64,000 nt of DNA from Takakia lepidozioides. Its lineage: Eukaryota > Plantae > Bryophyta. This document shows, piece by piece, positions 48,201 through 62,100 of this stretch (the first letter of the stretch is position 1; each line of letters opens with the position of its first letter). Location of the stretch: assembly GCA_030704615.1 (NCBI GenBank), contig CM060731.1, positions 34,844,001 to 34,908,000 of the forward strand, given 5' to 3'. The notes under the pieces were generated by a model. The model made no database searches and was not told where the DNA came from. It was given only the letters and a program-made list of their open reading frames with translations. The translations under genes were made by a program, and so were the position numbers.

Positions 48201-51200
48201 CTTTCCCACAATGGCGACTTAATATAGTGCTCAACCTTGCTGGTCTGAATCACGACACAGACACCGCATATTTCTCACAGAACAGAAGCTGAGTAGTGAC
48301 ACAAATAGCAGGCATTTCAAAAGGATGGGGTAAAGTGTGAGTTGTGCACAAGTACCTCGTCGGTTCACAAATGCGGGAAGCCAGAAGGTGAACATGCACA
48401 TCTTCTAGCCGGCGGAGATTTTTGCCAAATGTGGAGTTTTTTCCCAGCCAACTCCCAAACCTATTAAAATTCCGCTCTCCCTGCAGCCCATGTTAATCAT
48501 ACAATCAACAGTGAAGAATGTTAGAAACAATCCCAGATGACATGATGCCACAAGTATAATGTTAAGGAAGTAGTCTAGTCATAGGGAACTCTAAAGAGAG
48601 AATCATTTCTCAGATGCATACCCTTTCATGCCAAAATATTACTATTTGCAGAGGATTCTACCAACCAACAAAGAATGACACTCTTAGCGACTTATCCAAC
48701 AATCCTGAGGAAACAGGGACTGTGCAGATTGCTGAAGGCAACGTCAAACCTGAGGAGAGATGAAAGCAGACATTAGCCTTCCCTCACAAGATAAGAATCT
48801 TCCCAATTACCTGAACTAATGTCTCCCGCTGACCATGCATTAAAGCCGCCCTGCCAACCCCACATTCAAGTATATCCCCCAACAGGTAAGTGGTGCAAGT
48901 ACATAGTGTTGGAAATAGCAAGGTGCTGTGCTCCAAAGAACTAAGGATGATGGTCTTGCTACGTCATCATTAACCCTTGCAAGCATTTAAAAAAGAAATG
49001 GAGCCATACGGGATAATAGAGGACATAAAAGCTCCCATCTGAGCATGCTGCCACTGACGGAACCTCCGGATCTGCACATTCACTATGTCACCCTCTGCTA
49101 TACACATAGCAGCACGAGCTGCCAAGTCCATCCGCGCAGTACCATTCTCATCACGGCCAGCATCGCTAGGACGATAATTCAAATAGTTTTCCTGTATTGC
49201 ACAATGAAAGCTCAATGCTTAGATGGACTTGAGCAGATAACAATAACTGAGAAAACTTTACGTCCAAATATCCACACTCTGAGCAGCAAGCTTGCCATCC
49301 CATCCATGTAAGTGCAAGCTACAGAGAACGCAGACACCATATACAATGCAAAAGAAGAAGCCTGTGAAACAAGAACTTGTAAATCTACCTTGCAATAGAT
49401 CAGAAAGAAGGGGAAGACCTTGGAAGAACCAAGGCACAAATAGCAATGCATCCTTGAATCTTTGTGAGTCAATATTCAAGTCCAAGACAATTCAGCTATT
49501 TCCTCAATGGCATGGACTCACTGCTAAGCGATCCTATATGTGAATACAATAGCATTTGTTGACAACCAAGAGCATATCCTCTGCAAGCTGGCTACGACAT
49601 TCTCGGAAGACATTACTGGCAAGTACTGTGGGGAAACATAGGCGGCAGACCGTATGACAACCAACAGGTTGAGATTCTTTCCCAGGGAAGTCCTCCTATT
49701 TTAGAAACGGATGCTTGGACAAGGGTTGCGCCCAACTTTCCCAAATCCACCAATAAGTGACATCTAGTCCATGCTTCATCAGGTGCTTTCAAAGAAGAAG
49801 CTGGCTCTTGCAGATGTCCAAGATTGTCCCTTATTACTGAAGAAAACCCTTAATAACAAGTCAAAAACTCCTAGCAAATAGAAGACCACAAGAGTGTTGG
49901 AGTGTCAAGGTTATAGCCCTTGCACGGCACTTTGAGAACAGAACGGGACGGGTAGCTCAGTGGTAGAGCACCCCACCGGAATGGGGGAGGTCCTAGGTTC
50001 AATCCCAAGCCCGACCACACGCCAGTGGTTCTCCAACATGGTATCAGAGCCAAGGTTGGGGCGGTGGTCAGAATGGGTGGGCATTAGCTATAAGGGCTAT
50101 GCCTTGAGGGGGAGTGTTGGAGTGTCAAGGTTATAGCCCTTGCACGGCACTTTGAGAGCAGAATGGGACGGGTAGCTCAGTGGTAGAGCACCCCACCGGA
50201 ATGGGGGAGGTCCTAGGTTCAATCCCTAGCCCGACCACACGCCAGTGGTTTTCCAACAAAGAGAAATTACAAGTCTCCCAGAAAACAGGACAGAAAGGAG
50301 CACCTGAATAAGCAGAGGCACCAAATCAAAATCTGACATGGTTGCATCCATGCGTTCCTCCATCCGCAACCGGCCTCCATCATATCCCAACAACCTGCCT
50401 CCCACCCATGCCATGTCACTTCATGCCAGACAGGTTCCAGAACAAAGCATTACTTTCAGCTCCTATCCATGCAATAAGCTGCTACTTTGCCAATTGTAGG
50501 AGTCCTTTTCTTCATTGTGTGGTGGAGAATGCAAAAGGATTGGCCCCCATTGGAATGCAATGAAACTGTGAGAGAAGTGGAATCTGAGTTGTGTTCCAAT
50601 GCTTCTACAGCCAGAACAGGCACTGCAGCATTCTTGTGGACAATGGGAAAAAGGAGGAGTTGGCATCAGTATGCAAGTAAACTTAACTGAGAGAAGTAGA
50701 ATCTGTGTAAGAGGATAACCTAGGTATGAACTTGTTGGTAAAAGTGAGTTCATAGTAAACTGGAATACTGACTTGTCAACGGCAGAGAAAGGACTGATGT
50801 CTTGATCCTTGCCACTAGCCATGAGGCGGGTGTGCATGTCAGCGTATTTCACCACTCGTGTACGCAAGCTCATGTACTGGAGCTGGTTCAAAGCCATCCG
50901 CATGTCCCCACTGACCCGCTCAGCCAGCTCCTCTAGCGCTATCTGTTACCACAACAGTTCTTTTTACATTATGTGGACAAAGATGGCTGGAACACTGCAG
51001 TGTGTGCCAAAACAACTGTCACTAGTGATAAGGTCAAACCATTGACGAAGGGATGGGGCCAAGATGGCTCCTGAGATGTCTACTGACATACCCAAAATCA
51101 GCTCCATTGCACTTGTCTCTGAAATAACATAACAGTAAATTGTTCATGTATAGGGAGCCAAACCAACACTGCTCAAAGAGCCTCCAAACAACATCACCAA

Positions 51201-54200
51201 CCATGTAGGACACAAAGCCCAGGGTTTTTCCTCTGCCGCGATGAAATAAGCAATTTGCAATACTTGACAAGCAAGATGGCAAAGAAAACAACCAACGTCA
51301 ACTTCCTTGCAGTGAGATACTTAATGACTGCTTGTGGAACACATTACATAAAACTCGAACAGCTTAGATGGTTGGCTCAGACATGTCAGTAGGAAAACAA
51401 ATCGTCAAGGTTTGTTATTGCACATAAGATCAGACAGGCTTCAGTATGTCTGCAGACAATTTGAGACTCAATCAGTTCCCAGTGATGGACCCCGAATCAC
51501 CTGCTGTAATACGGACCACTAGAGTTTCACAAGCCGCTTGTGAGCCTTACCATAGAGACCCTAGACTGTCTAGCATGAAATGAGATAGTCTATTTGCATG
51601 TATTCTATTTGCAAGTATTTCCAAGTGCTAGGATAGTTGGCCACATTCTCAAGGGGTTCAGCGGCACCAAAATTTTGGGACTAGTCGTCCACCTCTTATT
51701 GAGGTGACCAGAGTCACACTCAAGAGCATGTATAGAAAGAGTGCCCAGGCACTTACATCATCAGCTTGAAGGCCTTCAGACTTTGCGATTTGCTGCAGCC
51801 TCTTGGCCATCTGCAGTCAAAAGAAGCCATAATTTTCCCAATGATAACAACCAGGCGGCAGGCAGATTCCTCTAGACAGTTATTCAATTTGTAGATCTCA
51901 AGGCCAACAGAACTACGCAGTGAATGCATATCACAAGTTATGAGACGCTTAACCACATTTCCATGACATAGTCACAGCCACTATCCAGGACTCTGACTTC
52001 AAAGACATAAGATAAAAACTAATATGGTTCCCCGCTGTCTCGTAGTCTAATCAGGACCTGCTGCATAACTTGCCTATAATCCATACCTGCTGTTTTGTTG
52101 GCTTCCTGAATGCCAAGGGCAGGCAATAATTGATAAGACTCTTCAGCTTCTGGCTGTAACGGTCATTGCAAATACAAATGATGGGTATACGGCTTGCTTT
52201 TATGCTCACGATCAAGTCTGCTACTCCCCCTCGGTCACCACCTGACATGCCGTCGACCTCATCCATAATCAGCACCGGGTTCCTGCAGTTTGTACAATAC
52301 CCATTCAACTTGTGTTCTATCCAAGCTCTGCCGCAAAAGACCATACAGAGTCAAAATTGGAAAATACAGCTCATCTTGGAGACTAAACTCCGTTTATTTC
52401 TACAGAGCAACCACCCCAAATGGTAAGGGACTGCACAGGTACGAAGGAAATTGCTGGTTCATCCATAAGCACCATTGTTTTGAACCACTACGATCCTGGA
52501 AAATATGGGATTGGAGACCAATTGAACCGCCCTACATGGAGCTAACCACTCATTAAATGAAAGAGAAACACACTTACAATAGCAAGTTTTAGTTTTGGAC
52601 TGTCTGAAATGGCGAGAGTCAAGAGAAGGAAGTAGGAAGTAGGAAGTGGATGCACACACATATAGAAGGGAAGCAATCTCTCCACGGAGCTCTATACTTA
52701 GGTCACTAAGTTTGGCATTCTCAGGTAACTTCTTATGTCACTCCCTGAACTACTTTGGACTACAGATTAAAACCAACTCCTAGGAGAAACTGGCTGCACA
52801 TTGCACTAGGCTGGAAGGAGAATTGCAGAACGTGTAAAAATAAAGGCATTAGTATTGATATCCCAATATTGTTGTTTAGGGTGTGTTTCTAAGGCATGGT
52901 ACAACTGGAAAACAGGATAGGATGAGAAAGCAGGTAGCAATTACCTGCCACCCTTGCTGCCAAAACTCAATGCTTCATTGCCAACCATCTCTTTAATGGT
53001 ATTGGCAGTCCTGCCGTCCATGCCTTTGCGTATGTTTGAATCTGCCTTTCCACGACTATCACTTGCATTCACCTGTTCCAGGCACCAGATTCGACCACTA
53101 AGTGCATGAATCTCACCCATTTCACTTCAAGGAAAACTTTGATCAGGCAACAAGTTATAAGAAATAACTGATCCATTCAAGCAGGAGGCCGACAATCAGA
53201 AAACCATTGGGTAGAGAGAGTAGCCACTATGACAACAGCCTGTTAGCAACATTAACATGCGGAAGGGTGACGAGAAGCATCTGCACAAAATGGGCCGTAA
53301 CCAAATCTGCATCATTGTGGACCGCGGAGAAACATTCAAAATACCCAACATCTTACGATACGTAGTCTATCTAGTCTATCTAGGAATTTTGATGGCAGTT
53401 CTTTGCACCTTAACCCAATGCATACCATCTGTAGGATAATACATGGACTGTTCCCGATCAGGGTCTCAAAATAGCCTTGTTCATAAGGCAGAAAACAACA
53501 AAAGTTGAAGTTAAGCACGACACTGTCTGATATTTCAACTTGAGGACAATCGCCGCAGTTTCTGTATGCTGTCCACATGAGCAATTTAGTAACGTCAAAC
53601 CAATGGACAAGTAAAAAAACTTCAGTCTCTTGAAACCTGCCCTAATTTGTAACTACAGAGAGTACAAGAAATTTTGTGAAAATGAGTCTCCACTAATGTC
53701 TACAAGAAGAAAAAAGCACCTCAAGAGCCTCGAACCCCAGCTCCTGGCAAAGAAGGCGTGCCGTAGTGGTTTTACCGATGCCTGGCTGACCGCTCATCAG
53801 CACGGCCTTCTTTACTGCTGTACTGCTGCTGCTGCCTGACCCCTTCTTTCCCTTACCACCCTTGTGCCCCACATGTCCGTGGTGTTCATCCCAGTGCAGT
53901 AGCCATTCTCGTACTTGTTTCACCTGTCATTTCCGTTCATGGGTGAATAGCTCTAACGATTTTCAAGCACCTTACCATGGTCTCGCCAGTGTATGCATGC
54001 CTAATAGTTGGTTACCAGTAAGAATGCATGGGCATACTGGTGCAATTGGTTCTACGCATTAACCGCACAAGAGTGGAACTGCATTATACTGTGGAATAAG
54101 TGCACCAAACACAACCATGATGGATCCCCACTGGCTGATAAAATTTGCACTTTGAGAATGTAATTCATTACAAGCCCCTGTAACAGTCAGATGCACAAAA

Positions 54201-57200
54201 CTGCAACAATAACCCGAAAACATACACCCTATCGGCAAGCATAATCGCAACATGGCAGAATGACGGAGAGTACAATGCTCTGATTGCCTATGATGTCATT
54301 TGTGGATTGCGGCCGATGCTTATGTGGCCAAGCCTCTGTCTCCGGTACTAGGGCATTTCCTCCTCCTGACATCAGAACCCTTGTCTCTGCTCTTTGCTTC
54401 CCTCCAACACCATCTCCCTTTGAACTTTTCGTTCCCTTAGCAGGTGGTCCTGGAGGTCAACCTCAACATCTGAGACATCACTAGTTATTTAACAATATTG
54501 ACATTCTACTGGTACCAGTTTTAAGGAAGACTTTCGTGAAAACCAAAAAATCAGCCTAAAGTAGACTATAAATTCTTACACGGTTTTAAGGGCAGTCTTA
54601 TGCATCTTTTGAAAAGTATTGCATTTACTTGGCCCAAAGGAAGATCAGAAAGTTTGATAGTAGAAGTTTGAGGGCGGTGCAGCCCACAAGGAATGCTACC
54701 AACACCCCTGATTCCCCCTTTGCCCATGTCTCATGGGCCCCATGGGTCTAGGGTGGGGCAGGCCACTTGATCACTGACGTAGGTCAAAAGGGAGAGAGGA
54801 CAGAGTAGAGATCGAGGCAACTCTCAGGGTGAATATGACACCAATAGGAGGAACAAAGCAGACCTCCCTAATATGTTGCCAATATGGTAGCATGAGACGA
54901 GCAAGCACATCAACTATACAAGCTGGCACCTCTCCTCAGACACTCTTTCCATCTCTGCAAAATCATGAGGCCCCCAACATGGAAGGTTGCCAGCAACTTT
55001 GTTGATGTATACCTATGGCAATATCTTTCTTCGTGGGAAGCTGTTGTGTGGCTGATGAAGGCTTAGGCTTGGATGCCCGAATCATATCAAATAGACCATC
55101 CTCTGTCAGAAACTTCACTCTGCACCCAAGCCCGCAGCAACCAAGATCTTAGCCAATGATGTATTCTAACTTCTAACATATATGAGTCAGTCATTTGGTT
55201 CATTTTGTATATTATGTAGCTAACATGTCCAATTACACCAGTGCATGGAATATATCAATCATCACTAGTTTGCAAAATGCATGACACATGAAAATCATTC
55301 AAGTCAATTTTCAATAAGAAATGTGGCATTCCAAATCAGTTTGTTGAGTTAGTGAACATGACTAACTGATTAATTATGTCGTGGTTACTTGTGGTAGAAA
55401 TGTTGAGATGTTTGCATTACAAAGATGTCGAAGATGGAATAATCAAGTGGAAACCCTCACCCCAGCTCCTTAGCCTTCTGAGATTTGCGTCCCCCAATGT
55501 CTTCATCTGCTAATAGATAGTCCTGTCGGAGATACACAACATTCCACGTTAATTTCCACAGATACTGCATTGGCGAATGCTTCAAACACTCACTCTCAAT
55601 CATTCCTGACAAGAGGTTGGCTTATGATGATTGAATGTTGACAAAACAACTGATAGACTTTGGGCTCATAAGTGGCTTTGTTTTGACACCTGGTCAGTAA
55701 ATGTAGAAAGGTCTAATCAATTTGCAGGATCCATATCAATTTCACTAGCCATTGATTGACTATTACATATGCCCCTAGGAGGCCTATCACAAGCAGTTGG
55801 AGAAGCTGCCTGCTGCCACCTTGAAAGAAAAGGACATGACTGGCAGCCGCCACTGTAGAACCTGAGTGTTGATCTGGCAGAGAGCGGTCCCCAGCATCCC
55901 AAACCAAAAGTCAAGGCTCAGAATATAGACCGTTTTTTTGCTGACAGCACTGGTAATGCGTCCACCATGTCTCTTGATGAGGTCCTCTGCCTCCTCCCTC
56001 TCCAAGCTGCAGAGCCATCCATCACATTGCCAAGTACACATCAGCTTCTGATAGGACATTGCATAGTTACTGAGAATTTCCACCATCCAGTGTCGAATTG
56101 ATAGCATGCTTTAACAAGCCATGCTGTGATACGTGGGTTGCACTAAAAGAATGCCTACACTCAAATCTAAAAATCTCTGTGTTGTAAAAGTACCAATAGA
56201 TATCTGACATTGGCATAATGAAGACAATCTCTCCGAAACTGTATAGACCAAACTGCCCCTCAAAAGTGGTCCAAAAGGCCAAATTTGACGAAGCGGGATC
56301 AACCCTCCAGGCATATGTCACATCATCTCGTTACCTTTGTGATCTATACAATTTGTAAAAAGTGTTCCTTACAACATGGATAAATCACTTCCACATCTCA
56401 CAGAGGAAGCCACATTGGCGTACCACGTCCACATGGGGAAAATAACCAAAGCATAAAATGGCCTAGAGCCCATTTTTGCCTTCAACAGCCACCGTCACTC
56501 CAGAATGCAAAATCAACAAAAATATTGTATGAAAATCTGGACATGTAGATGTTTGCCATGTTTAAAGGTGCCAGAGGCATCCGATTAGTACAGATCTAGA
56601 AACCTTACAAACAACCATGCAACTATTTGGAGGCACATAGCAAGAGGGGGCAGGTGAAATACCTATCCAGGGTTCCACTGATTACAAATGTGAATCCCGC
56701 CAGTGCATCGTCTGCACCTTGCGGAGTTTCCTTCTCACCAACCCATACACGCATAATTTAGATATAGCAGATTTCTTAGTCCCTACAGAAAGAATACCCA
56801 TGGCTTTGATGTACAGCAAACACTATCAACCAAAGATGATGAAGTCCAGGATCTAAATTTCATCAAAAGACTATCTGGCAATAAAACGCTTTGAACGACA
56901 GTCCAGACATTGAAACTGCTGGTAATAATGAAAAAATTAATGCAGCACGATGTTGATCCAAGGGTATTTTGTGGGATGGTGGATATAGCACACTGCTGCT
57001 GACAGTCCCCTTTCGGTCCTAGTAAACAGATTCAAATAGCTGCAGAAAAGCATGACTTGACCACCATCACTAAACGTTTGGGAAATGCTTGTCTTACATC
57101 ACCCATAACACCCCAGCAGAGAATCTGCCAATGTAGAAGGAGCAGTGCATACCTTTTCACCTCTACGAGGTGGCGGAACCCGTGCAGCCATGTAGAATCC

Positions 57201-58260
57201 ACCCCGCCCACCACCCCTTCCACCTCCTCCTCGTCCTCTCCCACCTGATCCTGGTTTGTCATCTTCCTGGGCAGGTACAGATTTCCCCTTGCCTCTTCCC
57301 CCTGGCTTTTTTGGTGATGGCTCAGGAGCCTCTGTGTCTGATGTGCTGGCCCCCTCCTGACTGGCAACAGAGACTTCTCCCCTCCCCCTACCCGTACCCC
57401 TTCCTCTTCCCCTGCCTCTACCTCCTGCAGGCAGCTTTTGTAAAGCTTCCGCTGCCTGCCCATCAGCCACTTCAACATTCTCTTCATGGCCAGAACTCGA
57501 TCTGCCTCTTCCTCTCCCTCTCCCTTTCCCTCTGCCCCCTGAGCCATGGACTTGGGCTGCCTGCCCATCAGCAGATTCAACAGCCTCTTCATGGCCAGAA
57601 CTCGATCTGCCTCTCCCTCTCCCTCTCCCTCTGCCCCCTGAGCCATCCAGTTGGGCATCCACATTGCTTTCCTGGTCGCTTACCCTGCCAGCCCGACCAG
57701 ACGCCGCGCCTCCTATGTTCGCAGACCGGGCCTTCTTCGGCGACGGCCGTTCCACCTCCCCGCCATCCGTATCCTCATCAAGAGTGCCACTAGTCCTTTT
57801 GCCTCTAGCGGGAGTCGACTTGTGCAGTTCAGGTTCATCGTTCCGGTCTTTCGTCTTCCCTGGCGTAGCATCAGGAAAAAACTTGCTGACATTCCTGGGT
57901 TCACCTGTCTCGCTCTTATCACCAACTTTTGATACCTGCTGACACATTGCAGTGCCCGCTTAGATTCTTAATGCAGCTGCCTCTCGGTGACAATTGAGGA
58001 GAGGAGAAAAGCGCACATGTGTGATGACGACAAAGAACTACAAGGAAAAGGGCGTTTGACATCAAAACTCTCCTGCCCGTTTACTCTGCGTACCCGATGG
58101 ACTCCAATCAATCACACACGATATCTCTCCTCTTCTATACTACAACATTCATGCAGTGGGTATAATCACATACAAGTTTGGAAGTGGCAGCAGGAGCACT
58201 AGCATCCTTCTTGTGGGGCTGCTTCAGAAACCACTTGCGTATATCCCCCTTTCCCGCCAT
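45280..58260 (-). CDS. RFC1: Replication factor C subunit 1, multi-exon
   Basis: Start MAGKGDIRKWFLKQ (58260). BRCT exons (LAGFTFVISGTLD; LEREEAEDLIKRHGGRITSAVSKKT). Walker A SGQPGIGKTT (~53780), NASDSR, Walker B LIMDEVDGMSGGDRGG (~52260), GDMRMALNQLQ, and RFC1 C-terminal WLGKNST. Stop TAG at 45282-45280 after GGKRKR. Confidence 0.95.
49946..50017 (+). ncRNA. tRNA-like cloverleaf in 5' LTR (pseudo-tRNA, Pol III A/B boxes)
   Basis: GGACGGG TA GCTC AGTGGTA GAGC A CCCCA CCGGAAT GGGGG AGGTC CTAGG TTCAATC CCAAG CCCGACC A. Confidence 0.75.
50166..50237 (+). ncRNA. tRNA-like cloverleaf in 3' LTR (pseudo-tRNA, Pol III A/B boxes)
   Basis: Same as the 5' copy, with a perfect T stem CTAGG/CCTAG. It has C33 instead of U33 and a GGA triplet with a short variable arm, so it is unlikely to be a translating tRNA. 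Confidence 0.75.
57330..57650 (-). repeat. Internal coding tandem repeat (RG-rich units) in RFC1 N-terminal exon
   Basis: GSGGRG(RG)nRSSSGHEE.VE.ADGQAA occurs twice, followed by a third GGRGRGRGRG block. Confidence 0.85.
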
Positions 58261-59135
58261 TGACTGACTGTCGAGAATCAATTTCCTCCGTCGTCTTTCA
58301 GGGAGCTATACAATCTGCAAATTGACATCGTATTCCTAAAACCCTCAGGACGGGAATCTACCATTTTTCCGAACAGCCCCTGATTTCAACACCGGAGCGG
58401 GCCAGATTGCTACCGTCACAGCTGCATCAAAGAAATTTCGTGTTGGAGTCCCCCTTCCGAGATCAAACACTCCCAGGCATTCTAAAACCCAGTGGCCAAA
58501 GAAATCGCTGCATGAACTGATCGACAAAAGAGTAGGTTCACAAGGCCAGAAATTGGAGAAACAACACAGCAATCAAAGTCCAAAAATTCATTCTCACAAA
58601 GCAGAAACTCGACCAGGTACACAAAAAAGAACAACAGCCTGTGCTTTGTCCTTCATGTCCGCCTGCAAATTTTCTCAACCAGCCACAATGAAACTACCCG
58701 TGCTTGAAAGCCACCCTCAAAGAAAGAAATATAACAAACCCATATGGAATTCTCACCATTGTGGAGATCAAAAGCTTCACATTACCAGATCTTGCAGCAG
58801 ACTTTTCTCTCGCCAAATTGGAAGACGATCACCTGCACGTTGCTCGCACAGTCCGAGAACAGAACGAGCTGTAAAGGAGCCAAGCAAGAGAACGTATGGA
58901 TGGAATCCCTCCGACCGACGAATGTTGAATGAATTACCAGCCAAGTGGGATGTTTGCATCCATCTATGGAAGATCCCGAGTGCGAGAGAGAACTTGTTCC
59001 CCTCATATGAGAACTAGAGGGACGTGTTCTCTTTATATGGGAACTCCAAGCCACGAAGAGCAGAGAGGAGGAAGAGATGAGACAGCTTCTTCTCGGGAAG
59101 AAGGCGAGAGGGATGCTGGAGCTGCTGGATTTGCA

Positions 59136-62100
59136 ATGGAGCCCACTGGTCGGCCTGCTGTTGTAATCGACAATGGCACAGGGTACTACTGACCCCCTTC
59201 TCTCCCCCCTCATTGTGTGACTTGTGCATGTCTCTCTGCACATGGACAGAGAGACTTTGAGATATCTCTAATGTGACTTGTACATCTCCTTGTGTCTGCC
59301 TGCATCTGCCTTTCTCTTCCTCCTAAGAAAGGTAAAGTTTTACTTCGATGTGCTGTCTGCGGTTACCGGATTGGACTTTCTCCAGGATCTTCACTGTTGG
59401 ACAGACGTAGCTCAAATGGAGACATAACAGGACGTGCTATGTGAAATCGTAAGCAATGAATTACGATATAAAGTTTGCATATTGGGGTTTAGACTGGAAT
59501 GTACCTTGCTCTTAATACCGGTTCTCTGCCTCTATGCTTTTCTGTCTCATGCTGTCTTGTTTCATCCGGATCTGCTTTTTCACTTCCACTTACATTTTTT
59601 TTCCCAATAGCGCACGCCTCTCTTCCTTCTCCCTCCTTCTTTGTAATTTCATGTGTCTTCTCCATACCTTCGCTTGCCTCTTGTCGTAATGGACGAGAAG
59701 CTGGACTGGGAAAGTATTTGCTTAATGTTTAGTAGCTCAACAAGAACACTGGGTCTCAATCAATTCAAGTTTGAAGGTGAGGGGGCTTTGAGGCTCGTTT
59801 GCCAAATAATCGCTCTCATGATAATTGCCCGGCCTGTGCAGATCCTTTGCTTCATGACCTAGCTAGCAGTACAGGTGAATGTATTTTAGAATTGACCCTC
59901 TAATGGTTGGGCCGACCTGCTATGCTCAAGGGCCTGTGAGTTCTGCTGCAAAGGCCTGCAAATACTCTAGAGTTCTGCAGTTGAAGCACTTTGTCAGCAC
60001 AAATATGCATGAAAAATAATGTGCATTGCTTTTGAGGATCCTTTGCAAGCTTCTTCTTGTCTGTAAAGAGTCTCTACAGGCTTTCAGTTGTTAACCACGC
60101 ACTTTGGGTTTTAGCCTTAAAAACGTTTTCATGCAGTTGTAGTGGGTCCAGCTTCCATTGCTATAAATTATGTACCCGAACTGTCAAGTATCCTACCATG
60201 TGTCAATAATCTAATGAATTGATGCAATGGTCTTGTAGGTACACAAAGATGGGATTCGCCGGAAATGTGGAACCATGTTTCATCATCCCAACAGTGGTGG
60301 CTGTCAATGAGTCAGTCCTAGGTCAAACAGCCAGCCAATCAAAAGGCGGATTGGCTGCCTTCCACAATGCAGGTGTGATGGCGGACCTTGATTTTTTCAT
60401 TGGTGAGGAAGCGCTTGCACGCACACATGCAAGTGCTTACACTCTCAGTTACCCCATCCGCCATGGCCAGGTGCCCACCGTGATTTTGTCTAGTTTCTGA
60501 TCTGCAGTTTTAACGGAAATTGAAAGAATATTGTTCATGGTTCACCCTACAACATGCAAAACTGTGTGGAACACGTTGGAACTTTAGCTTGTTAATCATA
60601 TTTTTCTTGGATCGTCCACAGTCTCCAGTCTTTGTGGGGCCGCTCTAAAGGGCATAAAACTGTAGGAGAAGCAGGCTGCCTTGAGGAGTCATCAGAGGGT
60701 GTAATGCTTCACTGGGTTTTGGCAGGTGGAGAATTGGGACACAATGGAGAGATTTTGGCAGCAATGCATCTTCAATTACCTGCGATGTGACCCTGAGGAT
60801 CACTATTTTCTGCTGACTGAGAGCCCCCTTACAGCACCTGAGAATCGTGAATATATGGGAGAGATCATGTTTGAAACCTTCAATGTGCCAGGCCTCTATA
60901 TTGCAACACAAGCTGTCTTGGCCCTTGCTGCTGGCTACACCACATCAAAGGTATGCCCTGGCCCTCTGCACTGATCATCATCTTTGTTTATGGTGACTGT
61001 TACAAGACTTACAACCCTTAGTCAGTCAGAAATATGTGGTTTCAGGTTGTTGTAAGCAAACTCAGTTGACGCAAGAAATAGAGGAAGCCTCTCTATGTGT
61101 TTGCAGATGTTCTATGGGTTTCGATGTTTGTCCTACATTAGCCTTTGGATGTGTTTACAGGAGGTAGTGAAAAACATACATTTTGCAAATCGGTAATGGT
61201 TTGTGTTGAACCATGTCTAGATTCTAATCTTTTCTGAAGGGTTTATATTCCTTTAGCTTTATCATTGGATGAGTCCAAATGTCTTTTGGGTTGTGACTGG
61301 TCCAGTTGCATGCAGTGCTATATCAGTGGCAAGTTCAATGTGGGCAGATTAGCAGACCGCACCATTTTAGTTCTGCCACAACGTATAGAAATAGCGGAGG
61401 TTCTATACTTCCTGTGTAAGTTCGGTTTGTTTTAGACCACAAGCTGCAGATGTATGTGAAGTGCCAGTGTGGCTGAGTACGCAGAGTACGAGGGTATAAA
61501 TTTCGGGTTTGGGGGGGTGTGCTGAATGCAGTGTGAAATGACGGGGGTGGTGGTGGATGCTGGGGATGGCATGACACACGTGGTTCCAGTCGCAGATGGT
61601 TATGTCATTGGCAGCAGCATCAAGTCAATTCCGATTGCAGGCCGTGACCTCTCCAACTTTGTCCAACAGCTCATGCGGGTATCTTTTGGGTACCTTCTTC
61701 TTCACTGCAAGCTTGGGCATGCTGCTCTTATACTGTTTGTGCAATCTAAGATGTCAGATCTGAGAGATGGTTCTCAACCAGTGAATGTTTATTATGTGGC
61801 AGTCGTTTTACTAATCTCAATTCGTTTCAGAAGCTCATTTGTGGTTATGCAAAATAAGCTGGCTCATCAACTGAGAACTGGTTGTCAGGAACGGGGGGAG
61901 CCTGTTCCACCTGAGGATTCCTTGGATGTGGCAAGGAGGGTGAAGGAGGCCTACTGCTACACCTGTGCAGACATAGTGAAGGTAGATGCCATCTGCTATT
62001 GAATGGCAGCCGAGCTTGCCTCCAGTCCTTTTAGTGTGAAATGAGCACCAGAATTTGGTACATTGAACATATGGTTCTATGATGACTGTCCCACTGGCTG

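Larger units (their letters stand above)
49895..50258 (+). mobile_element. Complete TRIM (miniature LTR retrotransposon) with tRNA-like sequence in each LTR (Helenus-like)
   Basis: Two 144-bp LTRs (49895-50038, 50115-50258) with TG...CA ends and 4 mismatches. PBS TGGTATCAGAGC (initiator Met tRNA type) directly after LTR1, PPT GAGGGGGAG before LTR2, and 5-bp TSD AAGAG (49890-49894, 50259-50263). Confidence 0.95.

Noticed and set aside
49946-50237. Two genuine tandem tRNA-Ser(GGA) genes
   Set aside because: C33, an A3:A70 mismatch, a short variable arm incompatible with Ser, no oligo-T terminator directly after the cloverleaf, and both copies lie inside LTRs with PBS, PPT and TSD.
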